NCBI RefSeq assembly: GCF_006345805.1 | Contig: NC_043003.1 | Location: forward strand, 3,286,001 to 3,350,000 | Direction: 5' to 3' | Source: Octopus sinensis | Lineage: Eukaryota | Length of the DNA: 64,000 bases | In this document: one piece after another, positions 46,870 to 57,659 of the stretch | Position numbering within the stretch: position 1 is the stretch's first letter | Layout of the letters: the number at the start of each line of letters is the position of its first letter | The notes under the pieces: model-generated | Told to the model about the DNA's origin: nothing | What the model saw: only the letters and a program-made list of their open reading frames with translations | The model's database searches: none | Translations under genes and position numbers: made by a program

Positions 46870-47744
46870 TGTATACATATGCACACACACATGTATATAT
46901 GTATGTATATATATGTGTGTGTATATGTATATATACACATATGCACACACGCACACATAAATGTAATAAATTTCAATAAGAGATATCAAAATGTTTGAAG
47001 ACATAATTGCAATTAAGAAACTCAACATGGAGACTAATTACATTCATTTTCTCTTTCTCCAATTAATATTTTGTTTAGTATTTTTTTTTTTTTTTGTCTT
47101 TTCTGCATCTATTGTATGTGTAATATCAAATGTCATATTTTTCTTCATTTAAATTTCAATTGCTGAAGAAATGAAGGATCGAAAGGAATGAGTTCTGAAG
47201 TAGTGGGGAAGATGGAGTTGGCCCTTAATTACCATTACTCTCACATCCCATCCATGGGTTAAATAGATTCCCCAGGAGTAGAAGAGGTTGCTAGTATTTT
47301 TGACAAAGCTGTGCGGGAAGGCAGCTCTTGTAGGAGAAAGAAACTGGCTTAAAATTTACAGTCAAAACAGTACCAGACATTTTGCAATGCTTGTCATTGG
47401 AACCTGGCAACTGAGAGAGAATGGCGAAAGTGTTGTACAAGCTTTTGGCACTTCAATCCAATGACGTGCGGATGTCTCACTGTCGTTTCATTTCTTGATC
47501 TGTTTTGTATTCTATAAAAGCCACATGGCGATGGGTGTGTGGCAACATGTAAAGTCATAATCCTTCAAGGATGAAAATAAATCAGAGCAATGAGGTTGAA
47601 TGTGAGACAGCCATCATCTGACAAGATGAGGCAAATGTCATATAAACACACACACACTTATACATGCAAAATACAGATATTAATACAAATATTAAACTTT
47701 GTGTGTTGTATTCATGGGTTTCATGTAACGCCATGCAATTACAT

Positions 47745-48040
47745 CACACCAAATCGTGGCCGATGCCAGCGCCGCCTCGACTGGCTTCCGTGCCGGTGGC
47801 ACGTAAAATGCACCAATCCGACCGTGGCCATTGCCAGCCTCGCCTGGCACCTGTGCAGGTGGCACGTAAAAAGCACCCACTACACTCACGGAGTGGTTGG
47901 CGTTAGGAAGGGCATCCAGCAGTAGAAACATTGCCAGATAAGACTAGAGCCTGGTGCTGCCTTCTGGCTTCCCAGATCCCCGGTCGAACCGTCCAACCCA
48001 TGCTAGCATGGAGAACGGACGTTAAACGATGATGATGATA
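47745..48040 (+). mobile_element. RTE-tail element, CpG-rich (young)
   Basis: GGCACGTAAAAAGCACCCACTACACTCACGGAGTGG...GGACGTTAAACGATGATGAT. Confidence 0.85.
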
Positions 48041-48344
48041 ATGACACACACACGTGTTTGTATGAACGTATTTCTTTCAACATTATAAAAGCCAAGTCAT
48101 GAGTTCTTTGTATTTTGTTTGTTGGTTTGCCTCTGTCACGCTATAAGGAATGTGGAAGGAGAGAACAGTGGCATGATGGCACTGAGAGAAAAATGGATTA
48201 AAGAGAGAAAGAGAGAGAGTTATTAGTAAATCAAAATGAAGTGGGAGGGGGAGACATGGGGGAAAATGAAGAGGAAATGAAATCAGATCTTATTTGAGAG
48301 AAAAAAAACAATATATATATATATACATATATTGTTTGTTCCTT

Positions 48345-48620
48345 CTCAAGCCATGCCTGACTCATAAGGGCCAGTTTCCTTGGTGTATAGATTCCCTACC
48401 TGGATGGGACGCTGGTCCGTCGCAGGTGAGATGCAGGAGGAAAGAGTGAGAGAAAGTTGTGGCAAAAGAGTCAGCAGAAGTTCGCCATTACCTTCTGCCG
48501 GAGCCGCGTGGAGCTTAGGTGTTTCGCTCAAGCACACACACATTGCCCGGTCTGAGATCCGAACTCACGATCTCTCGACTGCGAGTCTGCTGCTCTAACC
48601 ACTAAGCCATGTGCCTCCCC
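48345..48620 (-). mobile_element. tRNA-derived SINE sharing its 5' half with 1830-2318
   Basis: Reverse complement GGAGGCACATGGCTTAGTGGTTAGAGC...GAGTTCGGATCTC...CCACAACTTTCT, then a different 3' half. Confidence 0.8.
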
Positions 48621-49090
48621 ACATATATAGTTAAGAGAAATTACAGTGAATAAGAAGACTGACATTAGTTCTCTGTAACTTAATGCAATAAAGTGTTCTC
48701 TGATGATCCGTTCTGGTTAAGCATCAAATTCAACAGGAAGTTCCGGAAAACCACAATAGTGAAATGTACAAAGGAATGAATGATATAAACTTGTGTTTGT
48801 TGCAAATTCTCTTATGTTGCTCTGTATATCATAACTGAGTAAAACTGCTGAGTAGAGGAGTTGTTTAACCTTTCTACTGGAAGCAGACTGGAAAACAATA
48901 ATCTACATGGAGGTCTAAATGTAACTGTAGCAGTCAGACAGGAGTTTCTTCACACAAAACACACACACACACACACACGCATACCTAATTAGGTAATGAA
49001 CAAAAAAAGAAGACAAGATGAGAGGGACAAGTTTTAAAACAAAAGTACTATTAAAAAAAAGTGTTTAATACTTAAAAGAAAGCGAAAGAA

Positions 49091-49128
49091 TCATTGATGT
49101 TTCGGACATTAGTCCTTCGTCAGAAAAT
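49091..49128 (-). ncRNA. Minimal hammerhead-ribozyme motif
   Basis: CUGACGA-A-GGAC-UAAU-GUCC-GAAA-C-AUC; helix III has A in place of G (GAAACGUC expected); helix I is weak. Confidence 0.55.
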
Positions 49129-49870
49129 AGGAAAGAAAAGAATGGAAGGGGGAAAAGAAAGTGATGGTGGAAAGGTGGATTTGAAGAAAGTGCTTGCATT
49201 CTTCAGCCGTATTGCAATAAAAATGGCAATGTTCTGACCTTATGCCATGTTTTGATTTGACATAAGATCTGATTGGTGAGTTGGTGGTGACTTGGAAAGG
49301 TGATATGGAGCAGAAAGCATCAAAGGAAGGGAAGACTAAAATATGAAGGATTTATAAAATCATGGGAGACACAAAGACAGCAGTGTACGGTGCTTCCATT
49401 AAGAGGTGGGATGTGACAGGTTTGCTGTTAGATCCTTATGTCTGGCATTGGACATATGGAGGGCAGTGAAGGGGTGATGAGTGAATGGGGCAAGAACAAG
49501 TGAGAGACAGATGGAAGCTGAGAAGAAAGAATGGCGAGTGAAATAGGAGGACAAGATTGTTGTGACAGAGCTGGAATGGTTACAGTTCCAACCAGTCTGT
49601 TGTGGTGGTCAGATGAATGATGAACAAAGAGAAAGAAAATTGGGCTACACAGTATGGATCAAAAGAACATTTCTTAGTAACAGCAATACTGCTTGGCACT
49701 GCTGGAAGGTGTTGAAATATTTGTGATGTCCTGTTGACGGCTGATGAAGGGAGTGTTACATGCTCTATGCAAAATACAACACACTCACACACATACAACT
49801 ACTGACAAACAAAGGCTAGGATTAGTAACTGTGTCATTAAACGAGATTTGTTATTACAAAATCCACTTAC

Positions 49871-50007
49871 AAGTTGAAGAGTCGTCAAATATTTCTTCCA
49901 CCACAAATATTTTTGAAATTTTGGTCCCATGGCAGCTAAACCATAATAGGTATACATGATTAGATGTATAAAAGAGTTAATCATAGCATGGAATGTACCA
50001 AATCCAC
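49871..50007 (-). CDS. ELOVL: ELOVL1/7-like elongase exon (137 nt)
   Basis: TTTCAG acceptor, GTAAGT donor; (G)[45 protein letters not shown] with the NxxxHxxMYxYY motif. Confidence 0.95.
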
Positions 50008-50775
50008 CTGAAATTAAAACAAAAATTGAAATGTATTCTTGTGTAAAATATTGAAGATTCCAATTAGGAAATAGACCATTATTATTATTATGATGATGAG
50101 CTAGCAGAATTGTTAGCATGCTGGGTGAAATGCTTTTCATTCTTTTGGGGCTCGATAAATTAAGAACTTGGTTCAATATAATCGATTAACTCCTGGTACC
50201 AAAATTTGAAACCATTATTATTATTATTGTTGCTGTTGATAAGGGATGGATTACACTGACACCAGTGCTCAACTGGTACATGTGTTATGACCCTGAAAGG
50301 ATGAAAGGCAAAGTTGACTTCAACACAATTTGAGCTCAGAATGGAAAGACAGACGAAATGCGTGAAGCATTTTGTCTGCTGTGCTAGAAATTCTGTCAGC
50401 TCACTGCCTTAACAATAATGATTATAATAATACAATGACATTATAAAAGACAAGAATAAGCCTCTTCCTGGTTTAGTAAATGATGTCCTTGCTCTCAAAA
50501 CTGAGGAAATTCATAACCCCAAAAAGTCATCAAACAACATGCCCCACAACCACATCAACAAAGAACCATTAATACTCATCTCTTCTTTATGGTTTAACAA
50601 AGTCTCCATCCATTTAATTGACTTCTGTGTCATCTCATATAATAATAATAATAATAATATCTCATTTATTTAGATCTGCTCTGCTTCTGACATTGGTCTA
50701 ACTTCACCTGTGACTATCTTGATACACACGAGCCACAGCTTAATAAAGACAAAATCCATAAAGAGACAAAGTTGA

Positions 50776-50968
50776 CCCTTTCACTGCCAAATTAGATTTC
50801 ATGGTTCTTCCAATAATGATGCTAAAAACCTACCAAAAGCAGAGCTTCCTGAAAGTCACACTACCTTAAAAAAACTTGTCATTTCACAACAAAAAGATAT
50901 TTCCAGCCATGACATTCCTCAAAAAAAAAAATAGATTGGTATATAAAACTGCCTTCAGCAGTAAAGGG
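50776..50968. mobile_element. Degenerate piggyBac-type MITE
   Basis: Termini CCCTTTCACTGC / GCAGTAAAGGG flanked by TTGA and TGAA (decayed TTAA). Confidence 0.5.
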
Positions 50969-51852
50969 TGAAGACATTTTCGGTGGACACATTTCATTTC
51001 CACAGTAAAAGGATTAATTAGACAACACACAACGGTCCATACAACTACTACTTTGTTAATTACAGTTAATTATTTCACAATTAGGCACAGGTTTCCAACA
51101 GGTTAATTATTAGTTCACTGCACTTCTGATGGCAAAAGTGACAACAGAGTGTCTTTAACTTGGTGCAGAACAAATATTGCAAAGGACTTTTTTCAAACAG
51201 CATCATTTATTTATTTATTCCTTTTCCAATTGCTATTTACATTCTTTAAAGTTTTTATACCAACAAAAAAATAATATACATTTACATATATACATGTCGA
51301 AACACTGATGTCCCAGAATCCCATGTGGCAGTGAGCCAAGCACATAATGAATATATTTAACGTAAAAAGGTATTCTCTTGTGACCTACAAAACAATAACT
51401 TGTGTATTTGCATTTGAAACTTCCAGAATACATCAAGAATAAACATGCAATTGTGGCTGTGTGGCTGTGTGGCTGTGTGGCTGTGTGTGTGTTCATTCAC
51501 ATGCAAACATATGTGTAATGATCTTAGGCTTGTAAGAGCAAAATGACAAAAAACTTTCACACACTGGGATGCAGAGGCCAAATTATTCTTCATTTCGGAA
51601 CATATTAAAATTTCTGGTCCGAAGGGCAACAGCTACAAGTGTAGAATGCAAAAAATGTATTTCAGACAACATAACATGTCCATTGCTGTGGTGAACTAGA
51701 ATTTTTGAAACAGCTGTTAAGGCTGCAAGAAAGATGTCGCCCATTCTGTTCAGAGAAAATGAAGAGAATTTCAAGTTGGAAAAATATATGTAAACCTATG
51801 AAGTAGAGACAGAAACCTGGCAAATTTACCTAATTCTCTGTAGAGATGAACA

Positions 51853-51896
51853 GCCCTAATTAAGTTTCGACCCTTACTGGGGTCTCATCAGGGGTT
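51853..51896 (-). ncRNA. Minimal hammerhead-ribozyme motif
   Basis: CCC-CUGAUGA-GACCC-CAGUAA-GGGUC-GAAA-C-UUAA-UUA-GGG: perfect core, 5-bp helix II, CCC/GGG helix I; one change from the palindromic helix III ACUUAAGU. Confidence 0.7.
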
Positions 51897-53114
51897 CTAC
51901 ATCATTTGACCAATCCAACAGAAACAAGAAGACAATGCGATTACATACACACATCAAATTCATTGGCTTCAGAAGACTGGAACTAGTTCAGCAGCAAATG
52001 AAGAAGGGTTTTAACTCCGACTGTCTAGAAGAGAGTTATCTCCCTTGCCACATTTTGCTTCTGGGATACATTTTTTTGCCTACAAAATGGGTAACGAGGA
52101 GCAAGAAGTAGAGATGGAGAGAAAACGACCTGAAATTCTGGAAGGATTCAAGATACAAAAAAAAAAAAGAAAAAGTAGGTGCATACTAAAATTATAAAAA
52201 TATATATAATAAGACAATAAAATAAGCAATGCCCAAAATTTTGCTACAGAAAAATTAAATCAATCCCTAAGTGAAATGGTGGTATAGAGGATACATGCAG
52301 TTTTTAAGGATGATGCTTTTCTTGTGTGCAGTGGTTTGTGAAGGTCTCCAGTTTGGTATTAAAATAAAAACCTGGTTTTTATGAGTTAGAAACAAACAAA
52401 AAGAAATTTTGTTCTTTTCTGCAATACACAGCCTGCATCATTTACTAGCATTCACCAATCTGTCGATGCCCTTTGACATGGTTTCTATGACTGGATGCCC
52501 TTCCTAATGCCAACCACTTTACAGAGTGTACCAAATACTTTCTACTTGGTACCAGCACTACTGCAGTCACCAAGTACCATGCTTTTTTTTTTTTACCATC
52601 AGAATGAGACAAACAAAAATTGATTCCATATCAGATGGAATATTGATCGAAACCAATCAGTGCTTCATTATCCTGGACATGTATCAGTGTTTTGGTGACG
52701 AGGAAGACCATGTAATTCTAAGCAACCCATGGACTTTCCACAACATTTGCTTGGAGTAGAAATATTGATGGTACCACTCCACTGTTGGTAATTTATAGTC
52801 TTTCAGTAAGATAAAAACATTTGCAATCAACAAAGCATACGGTCTTCTACCGTAGCCTTGAGAGAAAGTTAGGAGACGGAAAGTGAACGAAAGTCCATTG
52901 ATCCGATTCTTATGTGGTAGACTTAATCCAACATCTGGTTTAACACCACCTCCTGGCCCTTAGGTGCCTGAAACGGATCCCATTCCATTTAGGCCAAGTC
53001 TCCTGTCAGAGGATAATCTTTTCTCATTAGTAACTGAGGCTGAAAATGGAATCAAAGGCCCTGCTCTCTAAGACAGTAAAAACACACACATACAAATTTA
53101 ACAAAAACAAAAAA

Positions 53115-53375
53115 ACTGACTGGCTCCCGTGCTAGTGGCACGTAAAAGGCACCATTCGAGTGTGGTCGATGCCAGTACTGCCTGATTGGCCCATGCTGGT
53201 GACTCATAAAAAGCACCACTACACTCTTGGAGAGGTTGGTGTTAGGAAGAGCATCCAGCTGAAGAAACATTGCCAGACCAAATTGGAGCCTGGTGCAATC
53301 TCCTGGCTTGCCAGTCCCCAGTCAAACCGTCCAACCCAGGCCAGCATGGAAAGTGGACATCAAACGATGATGATG
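53115..53375 (+). mobile_element. RTE-tail element ending ~50 nt from an ELOVL splice donor
   Basis: Sub-repeats plus tail ending AAACGATGATGATG. Confidence 0.8.
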
Positions 53376-53426
53376 GTGTTGATGAAAATTAAATATTAAA
53401 CACAAGAATGTAAGAAAGCTACTCAC

Positions 53427-53532
53427 CCGGTACAAACTTGACACCAAACCACCACATAAACGGTAAGGCACCATGATGGAAAACATGCAGGAATGATATG
53501 TGACCAAATTTCTTCCTCAGGATGAAAAATAA
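53427..53532 (-). CDS. ELOVL: ELOVL1/7-like elongase exon with the catalytic histidine box (106 nt)
   Basis: Absent from the ORF track. TTGTAG acceptor, GTGAGT donor; [35 protein letters not shown](G), HxxHH; phase 1 matches the next exon. Confidence 0.95.
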
Positions 53533-53972
53533 CTACAATGGAATGTAAATATTATAATATGAATTCATATTTCTTTAAATGTGAAATTTTCTTAAACAGA
53601 AAATCTTTATCACAATTTATTGCACTATATTACAATTCAAACAGATTTTTTTTTCTTCTGGGCTCCTGAAATGTTATATACTCGACTGTATGAAGAAGAG
53701 CATCTTGTCTGCCAAAATACCATTTTAGTGTAGAACAGTATGAAGCTAGACGCTCATGAGGATGAAAGGTAAAGTTAACCTTGATAGAGTTTGAACTCAG
53801 AATATAGGTGGTTGTAATGTTTCAGTCAATGAACCACCCGTCTTAATTGGACTCATACAAGGTCCTGTTCGGAAGCTAAACTGATGCAGAACAAATTATT
53901 GAGAATTTTCGGTTGAAATTCGTAAGAAAGTCAGAGAGAGCTTATTGTTGTAGTTAAAGGAATTGTACTTAC

Positions 53973-54029
53973 TGTATCAAAGAACTCGATAAACTTTGAG
54001 AAGAAGAACAGCCAAGATACTTTAGCCAT
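53973..54029 (-). CDS. ELOVL: ELOVL1/7-like elongase exon (57 nt)
   Basis: Absent from the ORF track. TTTCAG acceptor, GTAAGT donor; MAKVSWLFFFSKFIEFFDT with the KxxExxDT motif. Confidence 0.93.
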
Positions 54030-54129
54030 CTGAAAAGATATTAAATTATGGGAAAAGCAAAATAATGAATTATGTGAGAGACTTAAAATATTTAAGTTTG
54101 GGGAATAATAAATTTAGATCCTGTACTTT

Positions 54130-54525
54130 TGAGTGGGTTGGTTATGCGACACCGGTGTAGGTTACAGCTGTGAACTCACTTTATTTGCCAGGGGCAACCT
54201 GCTGTGCTTGAGGAGACCGATTGAGTCAAGAGCATCAATATCAAAGTCAAATCAAATGGAAATTGTAGTCGTGATCCCCGTGCCAGTGGAATGTAAAAAG
54301 CACCATCCGATTGTGGTCGATGCCAGCTCCTCTGGCCCGTGCCGGTGGCACGTAAAAAGCAGCCACTACACTCTCAGAGTGGTTGGCATTAGGAAGGGCA
54401 TCCAGCTGTAGAAACACTACCAGATCAGATTGGGGCCTGATGCATCCTTCTGGCTTCCCAGACACCAGTCGAGCCATCCAACCCATGCCGGCATGGAAAA
54501 CGGACGTTAAATGATGATGATGGAC
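54130..54525 (+). mobile_element. Long RTE-tail element
   Basis: Shares TGTGCTTGAGGAGACC..TTGAGTCAAG upstream block with 35680-36200; standard tail. Confidence 0.8.
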
Positions 54526-55159
54526 AAGCAAAAATAAAAAAAAATCTTTGTTAGATTTCTTTCTGTTTCATCAGGATTTTATGCCTGTCTTTTAATGCTT
54601 TCAAGGATTGTTCAAGTCTTTCCCAGCACAAACATATCACCCTTTTATTATAGTAATTCACCATCCTCTTCAGAAAGGTTTAATCTTCCGTTCTCAACTT
54701 TCACCAATTCTTCCTAAATGTTCCTCTTTCATAACTTCTGGTAACATTATCACTAGGCACTTCTGTATCCAGCTGGTGCACTTTATAAGTATCGCATGTC
54801 CATACCAACACAGTCTCCTCACTTATACATGATATCGGATGCTTATTACACATCCTGTTTTGTTTCTAGAAATTTGATACCAATATTTTGCTACCATATA
54901 ACACCACATTTTTTACACAACCATCATGAGGTCAACTGCTTACTTGTAGAGAGAAACCCTCTGTTGCTTAATAACTCCTGAAACTTTTTCCATCCAGTTA
55001 TTACTGTAATTAACCAGACTTTCAGAAACACCCACCTCCATTGCTAATTAAGTTACTCAGGTAATAGAGATGAAGACATCACCGACATCTAAAGAATGTT
55101 CTGAGCATTTGGAAGAATCTGTTTCACAGCAGTTCTTGTTGTTAACAACTCTTGTCTAT

Positions 55160-55400
55160 CTGCCACAGCGCAATCACCACAGGAGCAAAGACAGCCGAGG
55201 AGAGATGGATTCAGTCAGCAGAACAGAAACGCCAGAGCCACCTGCACCAATAGCACAGCCCCTACCCACTTCTGCCCCACCTGTGGGAGGGGCTTTCTTG
55301 CCCGGATTGGCCTCACCAGCCACCTCCGGTCTCATAGCAGCAATTCCACCAAATGATGTCAATGGTCATCTTCGAACCCGAAGGACGAACATTATTATTA
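55160..55400 (+). mobile_element. RTE (BovB-like) LINE 3' end with C-terminal zinc finger
   Basis: GAKTAEERWIQSAEQKR, then frameshifted THFCPTCGRGFLARIGLTSHLRSH; 3' UTR GGTCATCTTCGAACCCGAAGGACGAAC plus (ATT)n. Confidence 0.75.
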
Positions 55401-55804
55401 TCTGCCACATACAAAGCCCTTCTCTCACAGGCTGCCTGTAAATTCACAGTATCTGTTGTGAATCTATAATTTACATAGGCTGCACAGTTCCAAGCCCCAT
55501 TTTACCCCCTTTTTACACAGTTAAAGTGTCCAAATTCTTACACTGAAATCATCATGGATTCGATTATGAGATGAATAATGTCATACATTTTACCAGCAGC
55601 ACATCAGTAACCACGTTTATGGTTGACTTCTCATGCAGACATGGCTGTGGAGGTGAAACATTGCTTTGGAACTACATAGTATCAGGTTCAATCCCACAAA
55701 ATGGAACTATGGGCATCTTCTACCACAGACCAAAGTTTTGGAAGAAAAATTTGAAAGAAGAAAATTGTATCGAAGTGTAGTTCTATATTTAAGAGATGAG
55801 GAAT

Positions 55805-56090
55805 TATGTGCATTATTTACATTTGATGGATATTTGTCCTCATCTTGTTTGTTGTTAACGGGCATATGGTGTAATGGTTAAGAGTGCCGGCTACTAACCC
55901 CAAGATTCTGAGTTCGATTCCAAGCAGTGACCTGAATAATAATAATATCGAAAAATACCTTAGGAATTAGAAACCAGGTTTGAAATTTCCCCAAGACACC
56001 TGATGCAGGCTGGAGGGTATATCAGCTGAAACATTGTGTTAACAACAAAAGATGAGGACAAATATCCGTCGAATGTAAATAATGCGTATA
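55805..56090 (+). mobile_element. ORF-less tRNA-head plus hammerhead unit (Penelope pseudo-LTR-like) with ~55-bp inverted flanks
   Basis: A-box 55867-55877, B-box 55910-55920, hammerhead-like 55995-56040; 55805-55859 is the reverse complement of 56037-56088. Confidence 0.75.
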
Positions 56091-56815
56091 GAAGTGTGTT
56101 GAAGTGAGAGTAGCAGGGATGTGAAACTGAATCTCTGGATGCCCAGTCAGACATCACAACTGAACCACAGCTGTTTCACCTGATCAGTCCATCAAGCAAT
56201 CAATCAGTATCAAGCCTGAATCTTCCTCTTGGACCCTACAAAAGGCTACATTTGGTGCTAATTTATGACAGAATTAGGGTTAATTAACAGCTGAGCGATA
56301 TGTACCTCCACTCTTGCCACAACAGCTGGTACCAGATATCTGAGCAGACATCTCCAGGTTCTTGGACCGACTGAACTAAACATTCACATAATGTCTCAGG
56401 CATGTTTTTTTTATCCTTCTCTTCCAGGATGAAATTATTAATGCTGTAACCTTGTGTGTCACACATAAAGTCACACACTGTCACAATAAAATCTTGTCAT
56501 ATGTTCACAGCTGATGTTCAGTTACTTTTTCACGCAGCCCCAAAAACATGTTTTCATTCATCAATCACAGACTAGCCAACACCCAGCTGAAAGGAGGGGA
56601 TCACCCTCTTGCAGGTATTGGAGCCAAGTCTCTGCTTTGTGGTTGGCTTCCACCAATTTAGTCTCCAAGTCCCTATAAAAGTACCTGGGCACAGATTTTC
56701 CTTTTCCAACCAAGTCATTAAAACACACACACACACATTACATAAATACATATAATTAAGAATAATGAAGACTGCAATAATTTGCAGTTAGAATGAAGAC
56801 TGGAAAATTACTCAC

Positions 56816-56899
56816 CCGTATTGCCTGTGGAGTGTAGGAGTAATCGACAGGCTGACAGCCAAGACTATAAGTTCCTGTTAGCCAACCGGAAAGAAGAAA
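56816..56899 (-). CDS. ELOVL: ELOVL1/7-like elongase exon (84 nt), most 5' exon visible in the window
   Basis: TTTGCAG acceptor, GTGAGT donor; FLLSGWLTGTYSLGCQPVDYSYTPQAIR. Confidence 0.92.
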
Positions 56900-57659
56900 C
56901 TGCAAAGGAAAAGACATCCAGGGGTCAGTTTGGTTCATTGCCAATGTTAACATACCCGACTACACACACACACAAACTGTATACCATCAAATTGAGGATA
57001 GAGAAGGGGGTGTTCAGATAAGGAACAAGGAAATTTGAACTCTAAGGTCCTTAAGAGCAACCTTCCATACAAAGTTTGAATTTTGTTTTAGGAAAGAACT
57101 CTCTTGTATTAATTCATGTGTGTGTGTGTGTGTGTGTGTGTTGTCATCACCATCGTAATCGTTTAATGTCTGTTTTCCATGTTGGCATGGGTTGACAGAA
57201 ACTGGCAAAGTCAGGAGACACACCAGGTTCCATTGTCTCTTTTGGTAGGGTTTCTATAGCTGGATGCCCTTCCTAATGCCAACCACTTTACAGTGATGTG
57301 ACACCAGCACCAGAACTCTTTATTTGGCACCAGTAACAGTGTTTTCTTTTTCCACATGAAACCAGCACTGGGCTATTAAATAATTGTACGAAGCAGCGTT
57401 GAATGGTGATGTTTAAACTCTCTCGTGTCTGTTTCGCTGCAGAAATAGAATCGGGAGAAATTGCTCCTCTTCTACAATGTGCGAAAACAAACTGGGGCCA
57501 CAAATAAGAGGTCACTGGATTGTGGTGTGCATGCTTTTCTGCACTGTTACACATCATCAACTGCAAATACCAATCCATTGTTGACAGTCCAACCAGAATG
57601 ATAGTTCTGTGAGATAAGTGCAGAAAACAGTAAAAAAAAAAAATATATATATATATATA

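Noticed and set aside
49738-49780. CTGATGAAGGGAG...CTCT as another hammerhead
   Set aside because: Helix II is imperfect and GAAA is not correctly placed; at best a heavily decayed copy.
55860-55932. tRNA-like sequences (also 26366-26438, 1830-1900 and SINE heads) as tRNA genes
   Set aside because: Acceptor stems do not close, the loop CTACTAA gives no plausible anticodon, and each continues into a repeat body.
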